In this document: positions 49,717 to 63,243 of the stretch, piece after piece
Numbering within the stretch: position 1 is the stretch's first letter
Layout: each line of letters starts with the position of its first letter
Made by a program: the position numbers and the translations under genes
The notes under the pieces: model-generated
Told to the model about the DNA's origin: nothing
The model's database searches: none
What the model saw: the letters and a program-made list of their open reading frames with translations, nothing else
Assembly (NCBI GenBank): GCA_050575255.1
Contig: JBNZDD010013683.1
Coordinates: 2,397,867 to 2,461,866 of the forward strand
DNA length: 64,000 nucleotides
DNA from: Harriotta raleighana
Lineage: Eukaryota
Reading direction: 5' to 3'

Positions 49717-49932
49717 AGAACAACTAGACTGGTGAGATTTGCAAAGGCAAAGTTGGGTATGTGCGTTATTTTGTTCAAGGCTAGGGTGAGGGCTTGCAGA
49801 GATGGTAATTTGCTAAGTGGATAGACGGGAACTTCGGTGAGGCTGTTATCGTCAAGCCAAAGGTGTCGCAATTGCACCAGGCCCTCAAAGCTGTCCTCGG
49901 GCACCGATGTGATGTGATTTGCATCCAAACGC
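49717..49932 (-). CDS. LGR4: LGR4 exon 5 (3 LRRs, R-spondin-binding region)
   Basis: 216 nt. [72 protein letters not shown]. Confidence 0.97.
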
Positions 49933-52900
49933 CTATGGATTAAAAACACAAAAATTATTAGCATTATCAAAACAAACGTGTCGAGCCTTGTTTTAAAAAG
50001 ACTGCATATAACGATCATCACCCAGCTTTGGAAAAAACACAAAGAGTAGTAATTATGGTTGGTTATGAAATAGATGCAGGACGTGCGATCTTAAAGAGGC
50101 AGCGTCTTCCAAAGAGATTGGCAAATCGTTCTCAAGGGCAGGGGAGATCAGTTAAGGCCTTGAAAAGCCTGGTACACAATAATTCAGGAATGAAAATGGC
50201 AAAGTGTACACTGATGCGGTTCCACAAGATGCTACAAAATTACTTGAGCGTCCTTAACTACTTCCAAGACTTTGTAGTAGAATATGTCCTTTAATTGTCC
50301 ATGTAACATTGCAAAAGCTCGGATGAGTGGGGCCAATAAACCCAAAATGATGAATTTCAGCCCAAATTGGAACCTGAGCACTTGAATTAATGAAACGCTC
50401 CATAAATTTGTTGTCGTTATTCAGATACCATATTATAGGTGCTTTTTCCTCAACCTCATCGGGCTAAAAAATTAAAATCGGTGCTGTGATTAATTCAGTG
50501 TCAGAAACTTCCAAACAGGGAAGTCCAGTGGATACTGAACCCCAACCAACATTAGTTTAAAGGAGAAAGTTTTGAGTCCCACACACGAACCAGTTTTTGA
50601 AACTGGCCAAATTCTGTAATTGTTGTAACTCACAAAATAGATCTATGGAATTAGATACAGAACAGCAAGTACATCAATTACCATCAACATAAACAACAAT
50701 AGTGTTATCAAACTTTGCTTTCAATTATCTCAGTGGCATTCACGCAAATGTGTGCTTTTGGTTACTTTAGATAAACATTCTTGAGGTTTAGCAAACTTCA
50801 AAAGCTTACAATGATGTATTCTGCCAGAGCACAGTATACATTCGTCTGATCGCATACTGCACAGCGACACTACGTATGAAATAACTAGATCAGCACCAAT
50901 AATGAGTTACAAAACCCTAAAAAGGCTAAAAATGAGAAGCCCAAGCCTTAAAAGACTACCACATGAATCAAGGTACACAAATAATTAAAAAATAAGTGCA
51001 ATTCAGTAAATAAGACACCTTGGAACAACAAACTAGCTGTAAAGCTGTAACACTCTGAAACTGCTGTTTAATAATCTTAATGTTTTACAACTCCACAGTG
51101 CAAAGATTTTTACACTGCCGTACCTTGGCAAGATCAGTAGGTTTACCTGAACCCTCATTGTCGCAAAAGCATTGCACGTCACATACATCAAGTCTGAACA
51201 ATATATACAACAGAAATCAAAGGAACTAATTGATAGTAGGACCCGGCAGCTCTGCTGAGCGTTGGCTAGAAGTTACCTGTTTAGCTTGTTGACTGAATTC
51301 TTTCCCCCCCTCCCTGAACATCAAAGGCATTGTTTCCATTGCCTGGAATGAATCTGGCAGGGACAAAATGCTCATCCCTTCCCTTTGCACTCGATTCTGT
51401 ACAGCCACACACGCACGCAACATTGCTAAACTGAAAACTCATCTGTCGGTAACTATATTAGGACCATTAAATCAATTCTAGAATTCTGCTTCAAGTAAAG
51501 TTGGGTGTGAAGCTTCACAGTAAAAGTAGGCGTAATTTTGGTACATGATGGCACCAAGTTAGAAATGTTAAGAGGCCAAGGACAGCTATCGCAACTAACA
51601 TCACAACAACAATGATTTACATTTATATAGCGTCCATCATCAGGGTAGAATCCCAAAGGGTCCCAATATGCCATATTACTACAGATGCCCTTCCAAGGTT
51701 GCGCTTTGTATGGGCACAGGGTGTGTTGCTTCGATATTAGGTGGAAAATTGTTCCACGCAAATGATATCCCCTAAGATTGAACAGAAACACATCACCATT
51801 TTTTTTAGAAAAGCAATGTGCACAAAGGCCTTAAAGCAAAACTGATGCTGAACGCAATGTTGAACTGAACTTCTGCAAGTAACATTTCAGTTAAAATGGA
51901 TGACTTATTGTCAGAACTATAAACAAAATAAGACACTTCTTGTTCTGGATCACTTGCAATCACATATATTTCTCCTGTCCTCAAAAGCCAGCAACAATAT
52001 CAAAGCAACATGAATAGGACACAGAATCCATTCTGCTGCCTTCCAGACCGATGCCAATCATGCAGATCAAACTTACCACTAATCCTTTCTAAAAACGGAA
52101 TAGATTGCTTAAGTTCCTTCACCACCCCCCCCCCACCCCACCACTTGCCTGAAGCAAAAACTGGACAGATGGGATCAATTAAAATCCTCGCTATTGACAA
52201 TTTCCTGTAAAACAATACAGCTGTTTGCTAGTGCAAGATTTAAGAGTGGAGAGCTTATTAGTCTGGAGTTTTGTCCTAATATCTTTTGCGATGTGACAAC
52301 TTTAGCGATTTGATTCATTTGCAGTCCACAGAATTTTGCTTCAAACCATGGCGATCATTTGTACTGGATGCGTCCAGTTGCCTGTTGTAGGCACGTGCTC
52401 TATGGGTTTGTCATCTAAATGATACAGAGGACCCAGTTCAATAACAATCGCGCGTTTCCTCTCAGGAAGCAGCTGTCTCTCCTTTTTTTTAAAATACTTT
52501 TGGCTAAGGCCTCCTGTTCAAAAGGAAAGGGTAAACTTCTCAACTTGTTACCTGCTCAAAGTTACATTATAAGTCAGAACTTTTGACGGGAAAGGGCTCC
52601 TTCTGCAAGAAGAAATGGATGTTGCAGATAATGTAATTACAGTATGCGCTATTCGGGGATTGAAAGTTGAACTCTCCCGAGATAGTTCAAAAAAGAATCG
52701 TCCAAATTCTAGACTGTACTTACCAAAAAAAAAAGAGTTTGCAACATGAACTCCTTACTGTGACGTGGTTTAATTTACAGTTCTAAGAGAGTTCCATGTG
52801 ATTGGGGGTGGACAGGATAAGAAGCATCATGAAGGGCAGTACTTTTTATTATCCAAGCTCTTTTCAAGACTTGTGGTGATGATGTGACCCAGATGGAAAT

Positions 52901-54959
52901 GTGACCGAAATCGCAGGATCTCACTGCCAGGAATCTCGAAACTGCTCACGTAACCCACGACTGTGCACAAAAGACACAAGTATTCCCCATTCCAACATCC
53001 GCAAGCGCGGAGATTGCAGTAGTTTGGCGCACAGCTTGCCAGCTTCCAGCAAAAGCCACACAATGTACATCTACCACAACCATCCTCCCCGCCAGTTAAG
53101 GTCAGACATGCCAGGGCGACCACATTTCCAAACACACCCAAAAACAAACCAGCTTCTCGTGAAGTCAGGCACAGTTGAAAGCAATTGCTTGATACCCTCT
53201 TGGGGATTATGTGCAACATGTAGGATCAGAAAATGACTGATCTGTTCCACGGGCTCTTGACTGTTCCAATTTTCATCAACATTTTCTGCAGGCATTAGAA
53301 TGTTTGGCAAAACACAGATGTGACGCGGCATTGCTGCAGCAAGCCTGTTACAACTTAGACGACAAGCCATCGCCACCAACCAGGTTTCGCAATTGAAGAT
53401 ACGTGCCGTGCTTTGCAACTTGTGATAAGATTTGATAACAGAGCAAGCAGCTGGTAGTGCTAGCAGAGACAAAACTGGACTGCGAGTTGCTCAGTCCCTT
53501 TCTCCGTCAACTCCCTTGCACCCGATTCGCAGGAAAATGTCACAAGTGTGAATTTGGGTACAAAAACTTTATATAGATTCAGGGATTGAAATACACACAC
53601 ACACACTCTAGACTGAGTCAGCCAGCAGTACAGAGGTCGCTTACACACTCACACAAATCGTACACAAATATATACAGCAAGATACATTCAAAGGAGAGCA
53701 GCAGAAGTGAATCTAAGCAGCTAAAGGAAAAGGGTTGGGCGAATAAGTAAATTGTAGACAGCAAACAAGGGAGTTGCCTCGAAAAGCAAAGGAACATTGA
53801 GCAAAAAAGCCGGGAGAAGAAATGGACAAATGGCAACTAAACCGTAAGATCCGAAGAAAATCCAAACTAGTTGAAAATCCAAACTCAAACTAACCAACCG
53901 ACCTGATTACTGGGAAGAATGGAGCTGGGCACACTTAACATTCGTGCGTGCCATTTGGAAGTCACAATTCACTTTGCAAATCAATAGTGTTTGCTTGGTG
54001 ACTCAGTTTGAATAATGTAAAGTAACTTGGCTGGCAGTGCCTCGCTGAATGATTTGCAGTCCCCAAATAGTACCTTGGAATGAAGAGAGTGCCCGACTTC
54101 ATGAGCGCCAGCAGTGAGCAGAACGCACTAGTTCAAAATGCACTTCTGGCATCAGCAGCTTTTCAACTCTGGGCTCCACATTAATGGGTGGCTGAATGCC
54201 TGAACACCTGACATTCAGACATCTGGAGCACTCTAAGCACTTGGGCAATGGACGGGTTGTTTGAAGCGGTCATCAAAGTAGCCCTTTGCGTTGAGCAGGA
54301 ATCCAAATTCCACCCTCCATTTGCCCCAACCACTCTTCCATTCTGCTTCTGAGTCATACTCTACTCTGCCTCCCTGAAACTGATCCATCTTCTATAGGGA
54401 GACGTGCTTGCTTCAAAGCCTAAGAGAGCTTTGGAGAGCTCAACCTTTCAGCAACATTCTCCAATCTCATTACACGTTCAAGTGTAGCATAGAATAGCAG
54501 ATCCCAATTGTGCAGAGGAAGGCAAAGAATACTTAAAAGTACTTTAAGCCAGGTTGTAGATCAGAGACATAGAGAGCGACAATGTGGAGTGGGAGGGAGG
54601 GGGAGAGAGGGGGAGAGGGAGTGCTGCAAAGTGACCAAATATTGTATTAGCTCACTCTCCCTGAAATTTCAAACTCCTGCCTCTTGGTACTCAGCCACCA
54701 AGTAGTTATGTACATTGCATTCATTGAAAGATTGTTGTTCTAGAACAGAATGTCACTGGCCGGTTAAACAACAAATTCCTGTAGAAAAACTACAGCCAAA
54801 TTAGACTGTGCGTTGGAAGATGAAATTGGAAACATTTTATAGATCCCAATGAAACATCTTCTTACACACACTTCGTTCCCCCACGCTCTTCCATTTTTAC
54901 CCTCACTGTTTACTATCGGACAATGCATAATATCTGCTAAAAGCACAAATAAGTAATAA

Positions 54960-55125
54960 TTGAGGCTAAATGGAGAAATGTGGAGCTGTAATGAAACCAA
55001 GAGTCCAGGAAAGTTCCATGGGCTTGATCTTTGCTCTGTGCATAGTTGCCCTATCTCGCCTGAGCTTTGGGAAGAGGTGGGTGGCAGGCAGAGCTTGTTC
55101 CTGATCACTATCCAGCAACCCTGAT
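54960..55125 (+). mobile_element. Ancient tRNA-SINE-like fragment (different family)
   Basis: ccaggaaagttccatgggcttgatctttgctctgtgcatagttg...gttcctgatcactatccagcaaccc. A related reverse copy lies at about 63745-63885. Confidence 0.4.
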
Positions 55126-56617
55126 CCTTTCGAAAAGTGCAATTGGATTGTAGGTAAGAAGGGAGGAGTTGCCCTGAACCCATCAACACTAAAATAGTGA
55201 ATAGTTAGCCAATACTCATGGTCTGTGATCAAAATTGAAGACAAATGAATAAGGTCCTAAATGACTGAAAGCACCCACAAAACTCTAGTCCAGCACAAAC
55301 CATTCTTTAGAAGGGGAAGGGAAAAGATTTTGCATGTGCTCAGAGTTGCAGAAAAATAAACGCATTTAAACACAGTTGTCGCCCCTCCCTTATTACATTT
55401 GTCAATGGTGGAGTGGAAGATGGAAGATGAGTGGAAACTGGTAATTCACGAAAAGGCGCTGTAATAATCCAAACGTCTTGATGATCAGCACATTCTACTG
55501 GACTTGTAAATTCATCGCACAATCCGCTGCCAGAATCGAGACTCAACAGTCAAACCTTTGTGGTCGGACAGGCTGGAGATGCTGCCTTTACGTTGCTGGC
55601 CTTCGACTTACTGTCCAAACAGCAAACACACTTTACACACAATGCTATTTACATCAACCGGCATATTTACATACAACCACAAGTTATGTGGATGACTCAG
55701 TGGAATCCAAACCAATGTACTGGGTTATCAGCACTGCAGTTCAAGATAACTTTCTTGACTAGCAACATTCATTTCTTTGAATAGCACACTGTGTGCTGAA
55801 TGTGGAACCCATTCATCAACCTCCAACACGGGGGCGGGTGGGGGGGAAAAACAAATAAATTCAAATTCTTGTATCCAAAGCAAAGAGCCAAATCTAAACA
55901 GAAATTAAATACCTATCAAATTTTGGATATTTAAACAAGGTAACCAAAGCATATCGGACCATTCCCTCCCAAATTGAAAGAGGTAAATGAGTTTGGAGGA
56001 TATTGAAGTCGTGTAGCCTACCTTGTTGTTGCGGAATATTTGATCATGTTATGAGGTACAGCCCAACCGGGTGTTATGCAGGTAGATTGCGGATCCAAAA
56101 TAGACTGGAATTACCTGAAGTGCTGCCCTTTCAACAATAATAATTTATAGAGGGCTCTTTATATAGGATTGCATCTCAGAATTTTTCAGCACCTCGGGAC
56201 GTCCCCCCGATATGAAGAGTGCTCTACAAATGTAATTTTGTTGTTGCTGTTGTTGAGTACGTGACATAAAATGGCCGCTAGGCCTGCTTCAGGGTTGCCA
56301 CTGACATCCATGTCCGGTGCTGATCGGCAAAGCTTCCTGCACTCGTGCAGCACAAGCACTGAGTTCGTCAGGGCTGGAAGTCAGAAGTGATAGCAACAGA
56401 GACACAAAAGCAAGTTTGACAGCCTAGTTTTATTTCAATGGATCCATTATAATGTAGGGAATCTAGCTTTATGGACCAAAACACCAAGTGATTAAGAAAA
56501 AATGGAGTCAGGCTGCATCTGGAGGACAATTGCCGCAGTAAACCATCAATTGACTTGCTGCAACTGGCGAGTTCAGAGAAGGACACAACTTTAATGGAAT
56601 TGTAAAATGATACTTAC

Positions 56618-56689
56618 AGCGACTGCAGGGCAGAGAGTCCCTTCAGAGCTTCACTTGGGACAGTTTTTAATTGGTTGTTCTGAAGCATT
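56618..56689 (-). CDS. LGR4: LGR4 exon 4 (LRR)
   Basis: 72 nt. MLQNNQLKTVPSEALKGLSALQSL. Confidence 0.95.
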
Positions 56690-59575
56690 CTGAAAATGGT
56701 CAAAGGCAAAGAGTTCAGAATCTTCTCACGTGGATTCCAAGGTTCCCACACAACTATACCCAAAGGCCTGTCTCAACACACCATACATAGCACTGCTGCC
56801 ATTACACAGTAAACTCTCATTTTCCATATTGCACCATAAAAATTGTTGAGCTCAAAACATTGCCTAGTTATGAAAATTACAAGAGGAAAAACATCAGACC
56901 AATGTAAACCCTCAATGTGTAGTGCGTTGGCGCCTTTATCCCCTCCACTTGGAAAGCTTAATCTGGCTCACAGAGTTGGCTGCACGATAGCCTAACCACT
57001 AATCCTTTTGAGTACTGAGGTAGGATATCCAAGACTCAAAATGAAATTACATGACAGCAATGAATTCATTCCTTGGAATTAGCAGTGTTTTTCCAGTTTA
57101 GTATCTGATCTTTACAAAACAAATACATAGGAGTCTTCACTGTTGGAACGATGCAAAATTACAACAAACATCAGGGTTCAAACACTAGATCTTAAAATCC
57201 TGGGACAAAAGCCACAACAAAATAAAGATGTTGAAATGCTTGCTTGATTCAGTGTTGAAATGTATATTTTTGGGGAACGAAAGAACAAGATTCTGTTCAC
57301 ATTATGATTGCAAGACCACTGATTCATCAAATTTTGTGAACTACAAAAATGGTTCAACTGCACACAATATTGTGCACTTTCCTAGGTCATTCAATCCACT
57401 ACTCAGTCTATATGTATGTTTGCCATATACATTGGAGTTTACCCGTTTGTTCTATTAATGTGTTCCTATTGATATGCATAACAGCTGTGCTATAAAGGCA
57501 CACAAGAGTGACACAGATTGTGACTACTGTACCATTCACTGTAAAGTATAGCATTTTATATTGCTAACTTTTATCTTTGCTTAACCTACCCAGGTTCCAA
57601 TTCAAAACGCAACACACAAATACCGTCCGGCCTGTGATCTATTAAACAATGTTGAGATCTGTACATTTTATGCGTGCAGTCTGCATTGAAACAGACTAAT
57701 AACCAGGAGGAGTACAGTCAGAACAAGATGGAAGAAAAATTCACAGGAAGAACACACAGCACAGCAAAGTTTTAAGAGCGCTCGTAAAATTTGATTTCAG
57801 CATAAGAAAAGTCACAATATCCCGTTTCCCTTGACCTACATAGCCAGCAGTTGCCTTGGAGTGAAGCCTAGAAAGCAAACATAAATTTATTCATGCTACA
57901 GAACTCCTTAAAGTGTCCTAGGAAGGGAAAGCACAAACAGAAGCCTGGCTCTTCTGAAACAGCCATCCTCAACGTCCCTTTCCCTATGGGGAAGAAACTC
58001 GCCCATGATGGGCAATTCATCAAAGCTGCTAGTCTCTGCTACAGCTGCTTCTCAGTCTCTCCATCCAAAGCAGATCCACCTCCACCATATCAGATAGAAG
58101 GATTATAACTTCATTTGAAAGAAATCCATGTTAAGATTATCTTTGGTTGCATCTACATCTACTGCAGATTTAAATACTAATAGTGAATAATAATCTTTCT
58201 ATTTGATATAGCGCCTTACCACATCTTTGAGATGTCACAAAGCTCTCCACAGAGTATACTGTGAAGTGAATAGACTACATATTTTGTGGGTGAAAAATAG
58301 GAGTCAGCACTTTATTGTGATCTCTTACTCAAGTCACAATGCCTCTAAACAGTTCAAATTTTTTTTTTGTAAAGTGCAGTAACTACTTGTAGAAGAACAT
58401 GGCTACTAAGACATTTTTGATTTAAAAATAAATAAATCCGGAGGTTTGTTGACCAGGATACCGGGAAAACCTTCCTTAGTTTTTTCGAACAGCGTCATGC
58501 AATCTTCAACATCTACCTGAAGAGCAGACAGGACCTCAGTTTAACATTTCTTCTACAGGACAGTATCTCTGAAACTACACATTCCTCTCAGGAGTGTATT
58601 GAAGTGTCTGCCTGGACTACAAGTCCCAATGACATGGGGAATAATAATAATAATCATTTTTATTATTAAAATTTATAGGAAGAGCACACAGCACAGCTAC
58701 ATTTTAAGTGTGCTCATAACATTTGCTTTCAGCATAAGACAAATATGATTATTATTGACTTCTGACTCAAAGGGACAGTTTCTGCAGACAAGTGGCCATC
58801 ACATTGTGCTTTGAATAAATTCATGCAGTGAAAGAGATACTTTTGTTAACCAATTTTTTTTGTACCAAGCGATGGACTTTGTTTCAAATCGTCAGTAAAT
58901 CAGCCATGCTTAATGGATTGTTAATAGTAAATAGCATCATTAATCATTTGTGTACAAAACAAAGACACTGCTTGAAATTTCCTGATGTTTCAAGATTTAT
59001 GTTTTTTTTTAATTCCTTTCTATGGCTGGCTGGTAATAAATATTTGTGCATCAACACGCTGGGCAGTGGAGCAGCAAGATTCAGATCCAGCTCCATGACA
59101 GAGTTTCCTATCTCAGGCAGGCCGTCCTGGGAAAATGAAGTGACCAAAAATCAAGATGCAAAGCTTTTCGCGTACGTCACTGTGCAGGGTGCAGTATAAA
59201 GAAGTGGAAGCATGAAAACAGGATCAGAATGCAGAGGGTGGAATATTCAGCGAGCATTCAGTTGAAGAAGGATATTTATATTAATATGAATTATTAGCAT
59301 TTGTTGGGGGGCTTTTAAGAGCAACTTGAACTTGTATATTGCTGATATACAAGATAAAATTGTATAAAGTGCTTTCGAGTCTCTACTCCCACTCTATTAA
59401 AGACCATCGCTATCATGATGGATTCAACATTTCGAAAAACACATGGCACAAGTTATCATCCTTGGCGCAAGACGATGCCTTCACAAGTTTCTGGGTTGCT
59501 GCCCATCTTGGCGAGCTATCATAAACACAGAAGGAATTGCTGAATATGCAGTTGGGAGAACGCACTGATACTTAC

Positions 59576-59647
59576 AAAACTTTCAGTTGGTGGAGCCCAG
59601 AGAAAGCCTCGGGATGAATGTAAGACAGATCATTGCCAGCCAATCGC
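59576..59647 (-). CDS. LGR4: LGR4 exon 3 (LRR), the most 5' exon found in the window
   Basis: 72 nt, ttacag|...|gtaagt. [24 protein letters not shown]. Confidence 0.95.
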
Positions 59648-59837
59648 CTGTAAAACAGAAATGCCACACATCGGTCAGAAACAAAACAGCACAGCAAGCA
59701 AACAGCCACCAACCCTGAAATTACCAGACAAGCCTTTAAAACATACTGGTTTACGTGATTTGGTTTGCAAGTCATCTAGCATCATACAGTTCTGGTTTGA
59801 TTTTGAGACGGGCATATCACAGTCACCTTGCACCAAC

Positions 59838-59950
59838 ATAATAATAACCCTTAAATTTTGATATAGCACTTTTCACGTCTTCTATACGTCTCAAAGCGCT
59901 TCACAGAATACACTGTGATGTGAATTGACTGTATATTTGTGGGCAAAACA
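59838..59950 (-). mobile_element. tRNA/Deu-SINE 3' fragment
   Basis: Family tail in reverse. Similar fragments at about 17767-17855 (-), 37601-37675 (-), 40855-40995 (+) and 58187-58295 (-). Confidence 0.8.
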
Positions 59951-60544
59951 TCACAATATGTATCCTGAGACACAAAGAAAACCAACCACAAGCGGACTGA
60001 AGCAGCAATGGACAATTTGTAATCCTCTGCAATCGTATCTACTTTGGCTGGGAAAACTTAAGTTTATATTACTGTTTTGGCAGCAGATTGTAAACAAACA
60101 AATTCAACTATCGGTCTTGTAAAGAAAAAAAGCAAGCAGCCAATATTCTTGAACAAATCTCTACACTACCCCAAGCCACAGGAACATTCTACCCAGTCAA
60201 GATTCTGCTGGAGTCTGTTTGTAAGCTGTTGGGCTGCCAATCTTGAATAGAGCTCGCTTGTTGAGTCAAGCCTGTGTGAAGGGGTTTTGTGTCGATCATG
60301 GTAATTTTGATCAGCTTGCGTATTTTTTTCTCTCTCGTGATCAACTGGTCTGCACCGACTACATGTCTGGCAAGAAGAGAGGGCGGTTTCCGTGTCGTCT
60401 GCCGAACGTAGCTGAAATGAGGAGCAACCAGTGTGTGGTACCCGTGTGGAAAGCTCAGCACCACACTACTTCACTTACTACACAGTGCATTTACTCCACT
60501 AAAGCATCAGGAGTATCATTTCTTGCTATTTACTTGGAACACAT

Positions 60545-60547
60545 GCG

Positions 60548-60590
<43 letters not shown>
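60545..60590. repeat. (GC)n(AC)n compound microsatellite
   Basis: Uninterrupted alternating purine-pyrimidine tract. Confidence 0.95.
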
Positions 60591-60595
<5 letters not shown>

Positions 60596-60851
60596 ATTGG
60601 TTGCTCGCAAGAACTAAACCATGGAACCTGGGGAGCAACTAGTATTTCCACAACTTTAAAAGTGTGAACTGCTTTTCTGCGAGGATGCTTTTCAAAGGGG
60701 GTTTAATTGGGGGATTGACCGCAATCCAACTGATCCAAGTGCTACATTTGGCGACAGATTTGTGGTGTCTGATGTACCGACTATAATTTCAGACAACCTC
60801 CAAATAAAGGTTACGTTTAATAACTACACCTTATCCACCATGGTACTGCAG

Positions 60852-61155
60852 AGATCTGTAGCTCAGTGGTTGGAGCACTCATCTTGAGAGTGAGAAACCT
60901 GGGTTCGATTCCCGGGCAAGGAGAGACCTTGGGAAACTTTCCTTACTCCACGTGATTGATAATCATCTCTCAAGGGACAAAAAACAGTAATAATAATCAG
61001 GACATTCAATCCACGACTGTTTGTGGAACATTTCTTTGCGCACTTGGCTACCCACAAATAAACAAGTCAATTCACTCTACAGTATATATTCTGTGAAATG
61101 TTTTGAGACATCTGGAAGAAGTGAAAAGCGCTATAACAAATGCAAGGATTATTAC
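60852..61155 (+). mobile_element. Full-length tRNA/Deu-SINE
   Basis: gtagctcagtggttggagcac...gggttcgattccc (intact A and B boxes) through tail gtgaaaagcgctataacaaatgcaaggattatta. Confidence 0.9.
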
Positions 61156-61605
61156 TCGCCATTTTGTTTTGCAATAGGAACAATATTGAGGTTGGGACAA
61201 AGATAATAGGTTTAACCATCTCTCACCAAAGCCAATCCCCATGTACCAAACCATTACATCTTTTGGGTAAAGCGACAGCAGATTTTACATCAAGCTGGGG
61301 CTGTGAGGCTACTCCTAACCTAGTCTGAGTGGCCTGGGCCAAATTAAGTCTGGACATTTGGACAGGAGAATGGGAATACCAGTCCAAAGCCGCCACTTCC
61401 TGCTTGAGAACAATCCAATTGGCCTGGTTATTCAGCCAAAATTTACGCCTGCGATTCCTTTCAAAGTATCGCAAATGGTCACTAAGTAGTGGCCAGACTT
61501 GCCAATAGCTGCTTTGTTGAATGCTTTCAGGCGATCCAAGATCTTCGGGCAATGCAAAATCTATGCAGACACTGTGCCGAACTGGAGAGAGAAATCAGCT
61601 GGCTG

Positions 61606-61770
61606 ATAATAATAATCCTTGCACTTGATATGGCGCCTTATCACGTCTGCGAGGCGTCTCAAAGCGCCTCACAGAATATACTGTAAAGTGAATTCACTGT
61701 ATATTTATGGGCGAAATGGGTCAGCCAATTGCGCACAGCAGTGTCCCACAAACAGTGGTGGATTGAGTGA
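61606..61770 (-). mobile_element. tRNA/Deu-SINE 3' half
   Basis: (aat)n ccttgcacttgatatggcgcc...cagccaattgcgcacagcagtgtcccacaaacag. Confidence 0.85.
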
Positions 61771-63217
61771 CCAAATCGTTAACCTCTATAAAAAAGGGCA
61801 TGACAAAGTCAGAGTGAGTTTGGGATTCTCTGATTCCTTTTAAATCGCAAGACAACAACTGTACGATAAAATCAATGTTGGAACTGACAAGGCGGTGATC
61901 TAATTCTACTGGCCTATGACAGGTCGTCAAAAATAGAGTAGTTTAGCAGTAAAGCTTCAGAAGGTTACTGGTGATTGGCAACCCACGGAAGCAATCAAAA
62001 GCAATTTCTGCACTTTTTTCTAATCCATAATCCTACCAATTGAGACGATGGTTTGTTTCGCCACCAGGTCCATTAAGAGCAATAGTCTGAGATCCACTAG
62101 GCCTGGATTGTCAAAAGCTGCAACCACAAGCGAGAAATGACAGGCTGGCTCAAAGGTCACAAATGTTTGTGAAATGTAAACTTATGATCCATGTGCATAA
62201 ACAACAGCCAGAGCCACCCACGTCTAAAGCTGGCTGCACAGTGCACAGGGTTCAGGGACATTCTTTTCTCTACTTTGGAGGCGGAATCTGAAACCTTAGG
62301 GCACAGCTCCCAGTTGGCAAAAAGCAGTCAGTTCCTGGACCACAAAGACATTCTGCATTACTCTCCTTTCTCGTTGTTTTTTCTTCTTCAAATTCACAAC
62401 TCGCGTCACTCGTAACGAACAGGAATCCTCTGGCATTTGATAAATGAACCTTATCGTGATGTTGCAATGGCTGAAAGCCCTTCACGGGGTTTTAACTGCA
62501 AAGCGTAGTGTCTGTGTTATTTGTAGGCCAACAGGAATGTCCCACAAACAACCATGAAATGAATGGCTGATTTTATGCGGAAGATTGTTGCTCACGACAC
62601 TGTGAGAAACTCCTTTCGCTTCTGGAAGAAGCATGTTTTAGGATCCTTAACGTCTACTTGAACACAGCGGGTGGAATTTGATGGAAACGATGGGGAGCCC
62701 AGATTGACGTGACCTTGTGCATACTGAATAAAGATGGGTGGAGAAGCCCACCCTTCAAGGCAGTAAACTGCTCCATTTTTATTTCCCTCAGAGTGCCTCT
62801 GCTTGACTGCAGAGCAGCTGCCAGAGGAGTGCTGCAAGATAAAGAAAGCACGAGTCCTGTTGAAAACACTCAAGAGATAAGAAAGGCAGTCGGCTGGTCA
62901 CTGACATCACCATGTATTCAAGCTGAGAGTCTACACCTGCCAGGACTTCCAGAATTCAAAGCCGAAGACACCTTAAAGCCTTGCCATCCTTGCCTTCGCC
63001 CCAAAACCTGATTGCTCACCGTGGCAAACGGGCATCAAATCAGTCAGTTCCTTTATTGATCCCGCTCTGATTTGTCACAGGAAACTGATGGCACACCATG
63101 ATGGCTGCAGCACATATAGAGGGAACGCTGCACAGCTCAGATCTTGTCTATCGTTGGCAAAGATGGTTTGGGCAGAGGGAAGCCCTATGCATCTGTTTGT
63201 GATGGGGAGGAGAGAAT

Positions 63218-63243
63218 GAGAGAGAGAGAGAGAGAGAGAGAGG
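63218..63243. repeat. (GA)n microsatellite
   Basis: Perfect GA run. Confidence 0.9.

Noticed and set aside
60852-60920. tRNA genes at SINE heads (also 19409, 23056, 28138, 30273)
   Set aside because: A and B boxes are present but each continues into the SINE body and tail, and the copies are mutually diverged.
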